Shown: piece by piece, positions 1 to 16,590 of the stretch
How the letters are laid out: each line of letters begins with the position of its first letter
Position numbering within the stretch: position 1 is the stretch's first letter
NCBI RefSeq assembly: GCF_009914755.1
Contig: NC_060939.1
DNA: 64,000 nucleotides
Direction: 5' to 3' (one strand)
Source: the human T2T-CHM13v2.0 reference genome, Homo sapiens
The notes under the pieces: generated by a model
The model's input: the letters and a program-made list of their open reading frames with translations, nothing else
Databases searched by the model: none
What the model was told of the DNA's origin: nothing
Position numbers and translations under genes: made by a program

Positions 1-1252
1 TTCCAATTAAAAAAATACTAAAAAGTTACACAGTTGTAGCTCTACAACTACAAAGTGGAAATAAAAAAGAAAACCCACTTCAATAAAGGCAATGAAATAA
101 TTAATTTTACGTACAGCTTAGCTTCCCATGCTTATTTATTCATTTTCAAAGTATCCTTTTAAATTAACTGAAATTTTCCTTAGCTCACCTACAATTTATG
201 AATACTTTATTATAAAGTATGATTTCTCTTTGCATTAGTCAGGATAACGTATGTGGTTGATAAACACAAGGATATTAAAAGTCAATTATGCTTATTCTTA
301 ATCCAGGAATAAATGAAAACCAAAATTAAATCAACTCATAGACCTTATTACTTGCCACTTCCTTACCTCTTTGTTACTGTTATTTATATAGCTGTAGTCA
401 TTACTACTTTCATATTAGAAAATGTTTGTTTCTCCTTCTTGGATTTTTTCATAAATCATTGAATTCTCACTTTCTCACAAAATGGTACTTCATTGAAGGA
501 TGTAATTAGTCTCACTAAAGCAAGAAAACATGATAAACTTGGTTGAGAGTCACAGAGTCACTTAGTCTAGCCCAGCTATATGACCAATTCAATCTGGTCA
601 TGTAAACAATGAAGAGAATGATATTTAACCCACAAGAGTATGGTGATGAGGCTCACATGAGATTAATGTATGTAAAGAGCAAAGAGCTTTGAAATGTTTA
701 CAGTGCCACACAAATGCGAAGGTCTCAGTCTCACCATCTTCACATGGCAGGATTCAATGAAGTGATCTCTAAAGACTTATCTCGCAACCAAAAATTCTTA
801 GCTATTCACATGTGAAGCACATTTTAAAAATCTACTGATAGGATAACTGTATTACTGTAAGGGACTTATGGAACAATGAAGTCAATCTTCTCACCTTACA
901 AAATGTATGAAAACAGGTTAAGATACTTGTAGAGCACATGAGTCAGTAGGAAAGCTGGGAATTGAAAGAACCCAGATCTGAGCCCCACCTCAAAGTCCTT
1001 TCTATCATATGTTGCTGTTCACTATTCTGTGAATTTAAAATCTCTCTTCACCATAGGATCATGTAACCTAAATTACTTTTTCAAACTGGTTACAATGAAA
1101 AGCTTGTTAAGATGGAAATATTATTTTGGTGAGGCGATTTAACTGCTAATAGTTGAATTAAGAATGCTTACAAATGACACTAATAGCAAAAGGAGCTCAG
1201 ACTAAATTGTCCAGCTATTTGTTTGGTTTGTGTAATATTAAATTTTAAGTCA

Positions 1253-1803
<551 letters not shown>

Positions 1804-2182
1804 CCCATCTCTAATCTTCCAAACTTTTGAGGAATAGAGAATACTCTCCCCCTTTTTACTTCATCAGAAAGTAAATGAAATAAATTCCTTAAATGAAAGT
1901 AAATTCCTTATATGAAATACATATGTCCTCCACCCTCTACTTCAATAATCAGCAGTTGCACAACAACTAAACCTAAATAAAATAGGGAACATTGTGACAT
2001 AATGGAAGGCAAATACGGTTTGGAGTCAGCAGATATGAGTCTGAATCCCAACTTAACTCTTTAAGAGCTTCTGACCTCAAGCAATTTACCAAACCTCACA
2101 AAACTTTCCATGTTAAAATGAGATTGCTATCTAGCTGTTTATAATTTTGTCTTTCATATTCATAGTTAAGTTGCTAATCATT

Positions 2183-2737
2183 TGATATCCCCTATGTCAT
2201 TTTTTTTTATTGCATCTATTTGATTCTTCTCTCTTTTCTTCATTAGTCTGGCTAGCGGTCTATTTTGCTGATCTTTTCAAAAAAACAGCTCCTGCATTCA
2301 TTGATTTTTTGAAGGGTTTTTCGTGTCTCTGCCTCCTTCAGTTCTGCTCTGATCTTAGTTATTTCTTGTCTTCTGCTAGCTTTTGAATTTGTTTGTTATT
2401 GCTTCTCTAGTTCTTTTAATTTCGATGTTAGAGTGTTGATTTTAGATCTTTCCTGCTTTCTCTTGTGGGCATCTAGTGCTATAAATTTCCCTCTATACAC
2501 TGCTTTAAATGTGTCCCAGAGATTCTGGTATGTTGTATCTTTGTTCTCAAAGACCATTTGGTTTCAAAGAACATCTTTATTTCTGCCTTCATTTCGTTAT
2601 TTACCCAGTAGTCATTCAGGAGCAGGCTGTTCAGTTTCCATTTGGTTGTGCGGTTTTGAGTGAGTTTCTTAATCCTGAGTTCTAATTTGATTGCACTGTG
2701 GTCTCAGAGACTGTTATGATTTCTGTTCTTTTGCATT
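2183..2737 (-). mobile_element. Internal L1PA (about L1PA7/8) ORF2 fragment, from the end of the endonuclease domain into the linker; no 3'UTR or poly(A)
   Basis: Reverse complement aligns to the L1 ORF2 segment at 38364-38917; flanked by degenerate 17-bp direct repeats at 2169-2185 and 2738-2754. Confidence 0.9.
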
Positions 2738-4159
2738 AGTTGCAAATAGTTTGAAAAGAGCATGTCTTATTCACCTTTATCTCCTCCATACTACTATGGC
2801 AAGGTTTAAAATTATTAGATTTTTGCTGAAATAAGACAGGAGATTAATAAAAGAGATTTAAGACCAGAATAAACATGTTACATTATGGAAAGAAAAAGTA
2901 CAAACCTGGTTTAATTGGCTCCAACTCTGGGCATTATGTTGTTGCTTCCTTTTCTTTCCTTACAAATGGATCTCAAGTATTCTTTTCCTATTAGAAGATG
3001 CAAAGTGGGGAAGATATATTAATAAAGGGCATTTGAATCACTCTTTAAAACTGAGCATTCTTTAATTCACCATAAAGCAGAATCAAACTCTTACTTATTC
3101 TATTTGATGAACTTATTTTTAAGCTATAAAATCACTAAGAGGTGTTTTAATTGGTTAATACAACAGAAACATTATAGGCTTAAGTAGCCAAAAAGTAAAC
3201 ATATATTATAGTGCATTAAAATAAATTTGTTCCTTACTTCAAAAAATTACTTTCAAAGAATAGCAGTACCTCTGCTAAAGATAACTTCACTATTCAGGGG
3301 TTGCATGAAACAGTGTAGTTTATTATAATACATTACACAAAAATACTTCTGGTTCCTACAGTTCTTAACCTTTTGGGTGGAAGGTGAGTGGTGAGTTATA
3401 TAAAACTTTGATAATCCAAAAGAAGCTATAAATTGCATCTTCATAAAAATGTGTACATATGCATCATATCTTGCATATAATTTTAGTTGAGTCATGAAAC
3501 CCAGTCATGTACCCTGTAGATCTCTAAAACCTGTTGGCAGACTCTGTTCTTGAGTTTCTAAAAATGAACAGACTTAAGAAAATGAAGAAATAGTGACCCA
3601 GAGAGATGAAAAAGATTAAAAGGGCCACACTGTACTCAGGAAGAGAAGGATGTTCAACTACCATATTAATCCACATAAGACTGACCATGCAAAATTTACA
3701 GTAAATCAGTGCCTTCGGGTCAGAGTAATTCTTAAAACAAAACCAGAATAGGAGACTTCATGGTGCCTAGCACATAGCAGCTCATGAAATGATACGAATT
3801 AAAAAATATTTGTCAAGTAATGAAAATGGATAAAATATAAAAACGCAATTTCCAAGTAAATGAAATGTTTTCCAGCTGACCAAATAAGTGGCAAACTTAA
3901 ACGTTTATTATCTACTACATAACATTATATAATATCCTACTATTCAAGAATGCTTAAATTGTGATTCAAAAAGGATAAAGTTGTCCTCCTTTTAATAGTA
4001 ATTAGGCAAAGACATAGAACTTCTTCCTTCCCAGTTTCCTTTTTGGGTTCCTCTTTTTCCCTTTCCTCCTAGGGTTCAGTGTTTTGCCCACTTCACACTC
4101 TACTCACATTTTCTGTATTCCTCCAGGACTGGGAGGAACTCAAATGAAAACCCTGAATC

Positions 4160-4972
4160 CTAACCTTTCACCTGAGCCTCAGACTCCTACATCCAGTTGT
4201 TTGTTGGATGTTTCTAACTGAAGGTACTATAGGCAAAAACTCAATATATCCCAAACCGAGCTGTTCATCTTTTCCTAAAATCTGTTCCTTTTTAAAGTCC
4301 CTGTCACAGCAGAACAACAGCCCCTTAACTTCTCAAGCTAAAAGTTGGGCAATCATCTCACACTTCACCAGTCATCTTCAATTCTTATTGATTTCTACTT
4401 TAAACACTTTCCAAGTCTATTTCCTGAATTCCATCCCTATTAATAGTATCTAAATCCAAGTTATCTCTCAATATGACCAAATCAGTAACCTAACTCATCT
4501 CCCCATCTCTAATTTTATCCTACCTCAAATTTATTTACATACTTCTGCCAACATGATTGGTTTAAAATAAAAATTTTGCCACATCAAGCACTATATCAAA
4601 CCCTCATTATGCCAAACTCTTCAAAGCAACCCAGCACTAACAGAATAAAGTCCTTTATTCAAAGAATAAATGTCCAAGTATGACATATAAAGTCCTCAAT
4701 GACCAGGCTCATACCTATCTCTTCAACTTTATTTCCTATCTCCCACTTTATTGCACCACTGACATACTGAACTATTTGTCAATCCCATATATTCTCATGC
4801 TGTTCTCTTTGCCAGTATATCTTTACCTACCTTCCACACATAGGAAATTCTTACTTATTCAGGTACAAGATCACTTTCTCTGGAAACCCTGACCACAGCA
4901 TACTTCTCTACACCACCAAGCTCACATATCATTGCAACAAGCACTCAGGAGATATTTAACTGAATATTAATG
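4160..4972 (+). mobile_element. Degenerate L2 LINE fragment
   Basis: L2-like motifs (CCTGAGCCTCAGACTCCTACATCCAGTTG...GGATGTTTCTAA; ATGACATATAAAGTCCTCAATGACCAGGCTC) and an L2-like 3' tail. Confidence 0.6.
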
Positions 4973-5143
4973 AAACTACACAAACTAATGACAAAGCAGC
5001 ATACAATTTATATACATAAAACCAGTGAGAAGGGAAACTAAATGGATTTTAGTAAGTCTTTTTGGAGAAAAGGTCTTAACCTGGTGGATCCAAGGAGTAA
5101 TTGTTCAGATTGTTGAAGAGAAGAAATAAAAGTATTTCAATGA

Positions 5144-5566
<423 letters not shown>

Positions 5567-6035
5567 CTATAACCAATAATTCACCAAAGACCTTCAAATA
5601 TTTTTTTCTGAAACCATATGGCAAAGTTGACATTTAGGTACTATCCTGTACTTTCATTAGAGATATATTAGAGAAATATTTTCATCTTTTAGTCACTTCC
5701 CTGCATCCTTATAGGTTTAAGAAGGTATCCCCACTGAATTAGCACTTACTGAAGAACTTTACATAAAATTCTCAAATTATAACACATCTCTATATTGCAT
5801 AATAGTTTACTGAAATTGGAATAAGGTAACATAAGACTCTATTTCAATTAGGTCAAGGGCTGGTTAATCTTACAAAACAGTCTTCAATACTAGAACATTA
5901 GGTTGCTCCAAATAAGTAGGGAAAGTGAAAATATAGTATACTTGATGTTAAATTCACAGAGGATTTCAACTGCAAATACTTTGCTTTCTAAATGCAATAT
6001 AATTAAAAAGCATCAATCCTTAAACTTAAATACAC

Positions 6036-6329
6036 GACCGGGTGCAGTGCCTCACGCCTGTAATCCCAGCACTTTGGGAGGCCGAGGCTGGCGGATCACC
6101 TGTGGTCAGGAGCTCGAGTCCAGCCTAGCCAACATGGTGAAATCCCATCTCTACTAAAAATATAAAAATTAGTGGGGCATGGTGGCACAAGCCTGTAATC
6201 CCAGCTACTCAGGAGGCTGAGGCAGAGAGAATTGCTTGAACCCGGGAGGCGAAGGTTACAGTGAGCCGATATCGTGCACTCCAGCCTGGGCGACAGAGCC
6301 AGACTCTGTCTCAAAAAGAAAGAAAGAAA
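6036..6329 (+). mobile_element. AluS
   Basis: Alu dimer with an (AAAG)n tail. Confidence 0.93.
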
Positions 6330-6411
6330 CCAAAACACCTAAGATAATACACTAGTCATAGTGCAGAAGAATAAATCTATGAGGTATTTCCATGTGAAGA
6401 GTGAATACTAA

Positions 6412-7251
<840 letters not shown>

Positions 7252-8177
7252 ATAACTACTCTTGATGACATAAAATCTACTGTTTGCAGTAAAGACAGAA
7301 AGCATTCACCCTAATACCTTAGTTAGAAGACTACAGAATCAGTCAGAAGAAGATCAAGTCAGAAACATAAGCAGCACAAATAAATCAGCCACCCCAAACT
7401 GAAGAATCTCTAAATGTAGGTCTGTATCATTTTTATTTTAAGCGTTTAACTATATAGCCATATAAGACAATAACAAAGGCATATTTTCTATACCAAGGAA
7501 CAAGATGATTAGGAAACAGATATATGCTAACAAGCACAGAATCACTTTGAAGTGTAACAGTCAATGCATGGGGTTGTATGATGGCTTGTCCTTGACTTTG
7601 TAAATGCCAATTCCCTGCTTTCAGATTTGCAGACAGTAAAACGTGAGATACAAAGCTGAATGTTAATTTTCAACATAACACTGATATGTCAGAAAGTAGG
7701 GGTAATTCTCATTCTCACATAATACCTGTCATTTTAAAACACCCCTACTGATATGAACCAACATTTGTGAATGAAAGGTTAAAAAATGCTTTTGAGCTGT
7801 CATATTCAAGCAAATTGACAGATATAAATGCACACACACACTAGTCTTCGATTATGAAATCTCCTCACACATAAACACTATTATAAAATAAATTTCTTTA
7901 AGAGAAAAGCGACTGATAATGTTACAAGCTTGCTAAAGAGAATAACATCAACCATAAAAGAAACTGGCGGCCCACCAATATGATGCTGACAACCACATTA
8001 TGCTCAAGTGTGCTATAGAGGATCATTTAAATGCTGTCAATGTCACCTGTACTCCTTCAATATTCCATTTTATGAAAAACCTTCTGACTTAAGGAATATG
8101 GAATCATCCATCTGGTGTAAAACAGCAAACTGTTTTCATCTTGTATGCATTTATTTTTCACTAAAAAAGAGAGTTAT

Positions 8178-8474
8178 GGCCAGGCGCGGTGGCTCACGCC
8201 TGTAATCCCAGCACTTTGGGAGGCCGAGGCAAGTGGACCACGAGGTCAGGAGATCGAGACCATCCTGGCTAACACGGTGAAACCCCAACTCTACTAAAAA
8301 TACAAAAAATTAGCCCGGCATGTTGGTGGGTGCCTGTAGTCCCCGCTACTCAGGAGGCTGAGGCAGGAGAATGGCGTGAACCCAGGAGGCGGAGCTTGCA
8401 GTGAGCCGAGATTGTGCCACTGCACTTCAGCCTGGGCGACGGAGCAAGACTCCGTCTCAAAAAAAAAAAAAAAA
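8178..8474 (+). mobile_element. AluY
   Basis: AluY diagnostics (GAATGGCGTGAACC, GAGCTTGCAG), poly(A), TSD core AGAGTTAT. Confidence 0.95.
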
Positions 8475-8591
8475 GAGTTATATATTTCTTGTGATCACAA
8501 TTTCAAGTAAAATTAGGACTAATGCTTACACTGTACAAATATAAGGGTTATTTGTAAAAGAGTAGCAGATTTTCTACACATGCACACACAC

Positions 8592-9260
8592 ACAATGATT
8601 CTTGTTATCTGTGGTAGTTATGGTCCATTAAATTGCCACAAACACTGAGTTAGTGAACACTGAACCACTGCTTCTAGGGAAAATGGGAAAGAAGGTTAGG
8701 TTTCTAGGAGCCTCTGGTCACAACATTTTCATCAACTAGCCAACACATAACCTTGTTTTATCTGTATTTCTGTTTAAAGACACCTTACTTAATATATATT
8801 TACTCATTAACACTGAAATCATGGCTGAAAGCATAACTCATGATTGAGAGAAGCTTACTTAACATACATACTTCTTGCATAGATATATCACAGCTTTCTT
8901 GCACTTAGGAATATTACACAGCACTTTGGGACAACACTGGGGGCCATTTGCTTAAAAAAGCAAAATTACCAAAAAAAAAAAGCACAGAAAATGTGAAAAA
9001 TGTGGCATTAAGTAGACTGCAAAAGGGATGTTTGTTTATAGTATAAGAACCGAAACAAGAAGGCAGAGTATCAAGAGTATCACCTTGTCCAACTACAGCT
9101 GAGAATTTGCACATCAGGTGACTCAAATTTTTTTACCACTCCGAGCGTGCCTGCAAATTATTACAAAAGCACCGTAAGTACTGATTTAGGGATTACAGAT
9201 AAATTTTAGGAAGTAGGCCAATTTGGAAATACGCAGTTAGTGAATAATAAGGATTAACTT
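8592..9260 (+). mobile_element. MER82 (TcMar-Tigger non-autonomous DNA transposon), near full length
   Basis: Matches the recalled MER82 consensus along its length (GAGCCTCTGGTCACAACATTTTC; GAAACAAGAAGGCAGAG); degenerate terminal inverted repeats. Confidence 0.85.
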
Positions 9261-9379
9261 ATGTATGTATATGAACGTATATGAATACTTACATATATAT
9301 AGTCTTATATATATGAACTTGTGACATATGACATACGTAGCAGGAAAGGCAAGTTATAGAACTCCCTAGTGTGAGATTC

Positions 9380-10140
9380 TCTTATGATCCAGTTCTATAT
9401 CTCCACTTGGCACAATGAATACTCTACCTGAATGACCTATCAGCACTTCAAACTTAAAATACTAAGCTCATCATATGCCCTTATTCCAAACCAGTCTTCT
9501 GCTGTATTACTCTAATCCTGGCATCATCACATCTATTCAAGTCATTCTATGACTATCTCCCTTCTCCACATCCTCGCCAGGCACCAAATCATGTTGATTC
9601 TTCCCCTGAATTATCTCTTAAACTTATCTCCCCCTGCCTAAAACCACTACTGTTATCACCAAATGCCTTTCTAATTACTTGAACCATTGGCAGTTTACTG
9701 CCTTCCCTCTTTATCTCATACTCCAAAAATGTTACTGCCACTGTTCTCTTTTAAAAACCCAAACCTAATCATATTCTTCATTTCCTGGTACCCATGTAAT
9801 AAGCACCACATTTTTTGATATATATGTCCATTCATGATTTGGCACCAAGCCATCTTTTTAGAATCATACTGACACTCATACCTGATAATCACTATATTCC
9901 AGCCACAGTAATCTATTTCCCCCTCTTTGAATATGCCATGCTTTAAAAAACCCTTTATACATGTTAGTCCTCCCACTAGAAATGCTCTTTCCATTCTCTA
10001 CTTGACCTTAAAGCTTCTGCCAATGCTACCTCCTCTTTGAAGCCCCTCCAACGCTGGCCACGTTAGTCAGTCTTCCATGTGCTTCCACAGTATTTTCACA
10101 CACTTTTATTATAGAATTACTTAAACGTAGTTATAATTAC
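9380..10140 (+). mobile_element. Degenerate L2 fragment
   Basis: L2-like motifs (CTCTACCTGAATGACCTATCAGCACTTCAAACTTAA; TAGAAATGCTCTTTCC; CTACCTCCTCTTTGAAGCCC). Confidence 0.55.
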
Positions 10141-12346
10141 TAAGAGAGAAAGTGCAAGAATGTAAAAGGTTAACTAAATATTGATTACTATTATAACTAG
10201 GTGATGTGGATTTGTTATATTATTCTCTAGTCTAGTGTATGCTGAATTTCCATTATAAGGAAGTAAAAAATATAGAGACAGAAAATATTTGTCTACAATT
10301 AATTGAAGCTCTGATTTATGTATGACTTTAAAAAACAGGGCATTATTTTATTTCCCCCCAAACAAAATGTCCAGAGGTAGGTAGTCTAGGATTAGTACAG
10401 AGGCTGAAGGGGTCATCAAGTCCAAGGCTCTTTCTATCTTTTTGCTAAGTGTGTTGATTTGTTGCTTCAAAGCTGTTTGCTTTAGATATAAGCATTACCT
10501 CTGCATTCATGGAAGGAAAAAGGACAGTGCCAGTCACACATTTACCCCCAAAACAGGAGAAACAAAAGCATTTTTCCAGTGCCCTCAGCAAATTTGGCCT
10601 ATATCACACTGTCCATATCTGCTGGATAAGACAACAGTGTCTTGATGGCCTGATCTCTGAAAGCTGAGACTGGCTTTGTGCTTTAGCAACCAATCCAGTA
10701 CCTAGAACACACAGGTACTTTGTGTCTACTGAATGTATGAGTCTAATAAAGGAAACTACAGTAAATATATAACAGAAGAACTCTGCTTTTATAATTTTAT
10801 TTAAATAATATAAAAGGTATTTTAAAAATTATAAGTACTATGCAAATAAAGATTTGTATAGCAGTTTGACATCTACGATTATGAAATAATATACCATTTT
10901 ACTGCTCTCTGTAAAGATTCAGAAAGAACATTAACAAGTTATCGAGAGGTCTGAATTTTTGTCTAGGCAAAACATTCAATCTTCCTGAACCTTGGTTTAC
11001 CTAAAAGATAATGCTTATTTATTTCTCAGGGTTGTTCTGAGAATAAAGGAAATATAACAATATGAATGCACATTGAAATGTGTAAAATGCGATAAACACA
11101 TGCATTATAAACACAACAGCCCTTCCAGGTCCTGAAAGGAAATTTGCAGTCTTATGTAGTATGCATAGAGCATCTGGCATACCAATAATATGAATTAAAA
11201 ATTAAACACTATCAATACCTAGTATAGATGCTGGACATTATAATATGTATGGTTAGATGAGTTTTTGAACTTGATCTTTTTTCTTTCATTGCTATAGGAA
11301 ACTAAACTAACTGTAACTGATATTTATACCTCATTAAGGAAAAAATGCTTTATAACATAAATCTGGTTTCTCATTGCAATGATATGATATATACAATTTA
11401 AAAAGGAGAATATGAAAAATAAAATAAATGGGTTAATACAGAACAGTTGACATCAAATCTCAATTCAACAATTAATATTTACTACCAATGGATGAATGGC
11501 ACTGATGTAAGTCAAGGTCCTAAAGTACTTCTAAATTAAATCGAGTAATAAATAAAACAGTAGAAGCATTGAATATTAGTTTCCCTTTGGCTTTAATAAC
11601 CTTGACTAAGCTTATAAAAAGTACCACTCAGGGTGACCTTATGGCTCATGTATATATGCACAGGCCACAGTGGTAGTCAGAACTAGTTCTATAAATGATA
11701 ACATGATGGCCTGTTCTCTTGAGTTTTTACTAAGCTGTGTAGGTCTTCATTTATAAGAGTGTTATATTAAAATAAGCATGGTATATACAACATAAAACAG
11801 TTGCCAATACTAAGGAAGAGAAAAAAAGACATTTTAAAACAAAAAAAATCCTTATAGACTATTACAGTGAGAAGTGATCTTCACTTTTACTAGATTTGTG
11901 GACTACGGATGCTTTGAAGAACATGGTCTTTTCTCAAGTCTTTTAAATTAACTCTCACTTCTCAAATATTCAACTATCTCAACCTTATTAATAAAGCCTC
12001 ATCATACTCTGATTCATTTAAGCAGAAACTCTTTTCCATGTAGGTTACCATGGAATTACTTGATACTGAAAACTGATTCATCTTAATGCAAAACACTACC
12101 TCAAGACTGTAGGCCAGTAAATTCCAACACAGTATTACATAATGCACCATCAACTGAAAAATTCCAAACAGTGGATCAGACTTCTTATCTTATAGTTGCG
12201 GAACATCTATTTCAACAAGAAGTAAAACATGTCCAAACAGTAAGAATGAGCTTATGTTTTATAGCTATATCCACCCAGTTTCAACTACATAGATTTTTGT
12301 TTATAAACGAGGGGAGAAAGAATGTTTCTCTTCCTGTTTTATCTGC

Positions 12347-12412
12347 TCATATAGCTTCATCAGCTAAAGCTTCAACAGTGAATATTTCTTCTACAAAGAA
12401 AATTTTGGGTAC
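12347..12412 (-). other. Candidate terminal exon start: splice acceptor followed by 21 codons and a stop (VPKIFFVEEIFTVEALADEAI*)
   Basis: Minus strand reads TTGAC (branch-like)...ATTTCTTGCTTATTCCAG|GTACCC in apparently non-repeat DNA; no transcript evidence. Confidence 0.3.
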
Positions 12413-12726
12413 CTGGAATAAGCAAGAAATGATACGTCAATGTGCTGATGTTTCTAAAATTAAAAGATGTAAGTGGTATTTTAATATAAAGAGCTATTTC
12501 AAATATTTAACTTTGTAGATGGAAAAGGAAGTGTATTAATTTAAAGATTCACTGCTGTTTAAAATATTCCCCTTATTTTCTTTCAATAAAAACTAAAAAG
12601 AAGAGGGGAAAGAAAGGCACTAAGAGAGCAACGTAGACAGTGAAAATGAGTCACTAGGGAATAAAGAGGTAAGGATGCCTTATCTTCTTTGGCTCATGAA
12701 TTACCCTTACCTAAAATGGTAAAGGA

Positions 12727-13205
<479 letters not shown>

Positions 13206-14056
13206 TTATCCTAGGGCAGATTATTAACTATGATCTAGGATTGTTCTTAGGAGGTCTCATGTTTAAAGAGGCCCATATTTTTCTTTTAACACTGAAAAAT
13301 TAAGAAAATATTAAAAATGAAGAAAGGGATATAGGGAGAGAACGAGACAAAGGAGGGACAAGCACACACACAGAACTTTGGCCCAAAGTACCAAGTACTA
13401 CAGCTTAGAGAATGCCCCAGGAGATCAATCACTGTCACATTATGACATCAGAGATCAAAATTCCCGTTTAGTCTAAAATGACCAAAATTGGACTTAATCA
13501 GAAGTAATCAGCTGTAAAATATGCAGATCTGAAAGGTTCAGACTATGCTCCACTGTCATTCCCAGTTAGGATATCAAATTGAATTTGCAAGTTTAGATGA
13601 TTTGTATTTGCTAAAATTAGGTCTCAGGATACACAGAGAATGTGAAATGCTCCCTGAAGCAGCTGACTTGATACATGCTCTGAGGAAGTACTACTGCCAT
13701 TCACAGAAAAAAGCATATGTTTCATAGCAGCTACTTTAAAATCAATGTTTTCACTGCCTCTGATAGTAACAGAAGTAAAATATTTGTATTTCAAATTCAC
13801 TCCAAGCTGAAAATTTAAAAAATGAATCTTCTTATAAACTTGTGTTGGCAAAGTATACGCTATTAACACCTGTGACTGCCTCTTCCCCAAAGCATATGTC
13901 ACTTCAGCTGACATAACAGCTTGTCCTCCTTGGAGGAATTCAATCACCTCATCAATAGTACTGGTCAAGCAGATGAAAATATTTCTCATGGGGCAGTTTA
14001 TCTTAGTGCAATAAGATGTTTCTAAAACTCTTTAAAATCTGTAAGCATGTGAAATC

Positions 14057-14570
<514 letters not shown>

Positions 14571-14636
14571 GAATGTCACAGTATTTCAGGTCAAGTCACA
14601 GCAAATAATCTGCCCTCTGATCTTTATTATTAATGA

Positions 14637-14982
<346 letters not shown>

Positions 14983-15749
14983 GGTATCCTTAATTTCAAC
15001 TTTGAGGAGACCCAACAACTATCTCTTACCACATTTCTTATCTAGCCTCAAATTGCTGGACGAAACATAATAAATTAAATGGTGCTTTAAAGATTATCCT
15101 TTCTAAAAATTTTTATTCACAGAGTCCACGGGCCTTGAGATGTCAAGGATCATAGTTTAGGGGTAGGAAAATAGTATACTTGGATTTATTCTATAAATTC
15201 TATTGTGTAATTTTCTTTTCCTCATCTCTGGCAGGTTCTCCTAAGTTAATGTACAAAATCAAGCTCCTTCTACACCTCCAAAAAACTGTCCCTTCTCTCC
15301 GTTTCCTTAGCGTTACCAGGGCCTAGCGGTAGCTAAACTTCCACTCCATCAAGCAGCACCTAGGCAGAGGTGCCTAGGTGGGGAGAAGGCCAACTGGCAC
15401 TACCATATACCCTCTTGTGGGTACAAAGTGGTGCTAGTTGGCCCTCTGCCCTCTAATCCCTGTGAGACCCAGCTGGATGCTAAACTTTCACTCCCACACT
15501 TGGCAATGCAACAGGCCAACAAAAAGCAATAACTACCAAATCTCACCCAATATAAAGTTTCCAAGGTTATTTATAAGATTCTTACAATAATTCTTTCCAC
15601 AATCTCTTTCTTCTAGAATTGATTTTTTATCATCAGTATTTCCCTTTAATATCTTAATTTTCTTCAAGGTCTGGAGATATTTCATTGATCAGATGTATTC
15701 TTAATGAATGTCTCCTCTTATCCACTCAACTCACAACGGCTTTTATTGA

Positions 15750-16590
15750 AAGCTTTAAAAATTAATTTTAAAAATAATTTCAAACAGAAAAGTTCAAGAA
15801 TGGTTTTTTCCCCAATTTGAAAGTTGCTGACATTATGTCCCATCATCCCTAATAACTTGTTTATAATTCCTCTAAAAATATTCTCCCAAATAACCATAAT
15901 ACGATCATCAAAATTGACAAATTAACAATGATACATTACTAGCCTGTGAAGTTTCACCAATTATTCCACTAATGTCTTTTGTAGCAAAGGCATCCAATAG
16001 GGTATTATGAGATGTATTTAATCGTCAAGTGTGTCTAGTCTCTTTAAATCTGGAATAGTTCTAAAGTTTTTCCTTGACTTTCATAATCTTTATGAATTTG
16101 AACATTACACACTGGGTATGTTGTAGAAAGTCTCTCAACTTGGAATTCTCTTTTCTTCCAAATTAGATTTCAGTTATGCATTTTTGAAAGAAGTGTCATA
16201 GAAATGCTGCTGTGTTCCTCACTGCATCCTATCAGCTAGGAATCATGGAATTAGAAAGATCACTGATTACAATAATTGGCAAATGGTGATCTTTCCATTA
16301 TTCCTTTTCTTCTCCCCACTAATTTATTAGATCACTGTGGTCTCATGAGTTCCTATTTTATTCAAAGAGCTACGATTTGATAGTATGACTATTTAGTCTG
16401 ATGCTCAAACTGTTCAAGAATTGGCCAGTGAGTGCCCCTTCAAGGTGGCTTCTGCATCCTTTAGATATAATCCCCTCATTCTTCGAGCTCTACTTTACTT
16501 TCTGGTACAGGGAGATGTGTCCAGCACATCTTGTCTTATGCTTTCCCTGTCCCAGCCCTAGAATCAGTCATTGTCCAAGAAACCCTAGCA
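15750..16590 (-). mobile_element. Old L1MC-type 3' fragment
   Basis: L1MC4/5-like motifs (GATGCTCAAACTGTTC...TTGGCCAGTG; TTTCCCTGTCCCAGCCCTAGAATCAGTCATT). Confidence 0.6.

Noticed and set aside
10290-10640. Possible old MaLR/LTR33-type LTR (also at about 28950-29380)
   Set aside because: Too degenerate to assign a family or boundaries by eye.
12171-12518. 115-aa plus-strand ORF
   Set aside because: GTG start and no motif; the opposite-strand acceptor is the more plausible signal here.
13624-13989. 121-aa minus-strand ORF in unique DNA
   Set aside because: No recognisable homology or convincing splice or promoter context; the length is attainable by chance in 64 kb.
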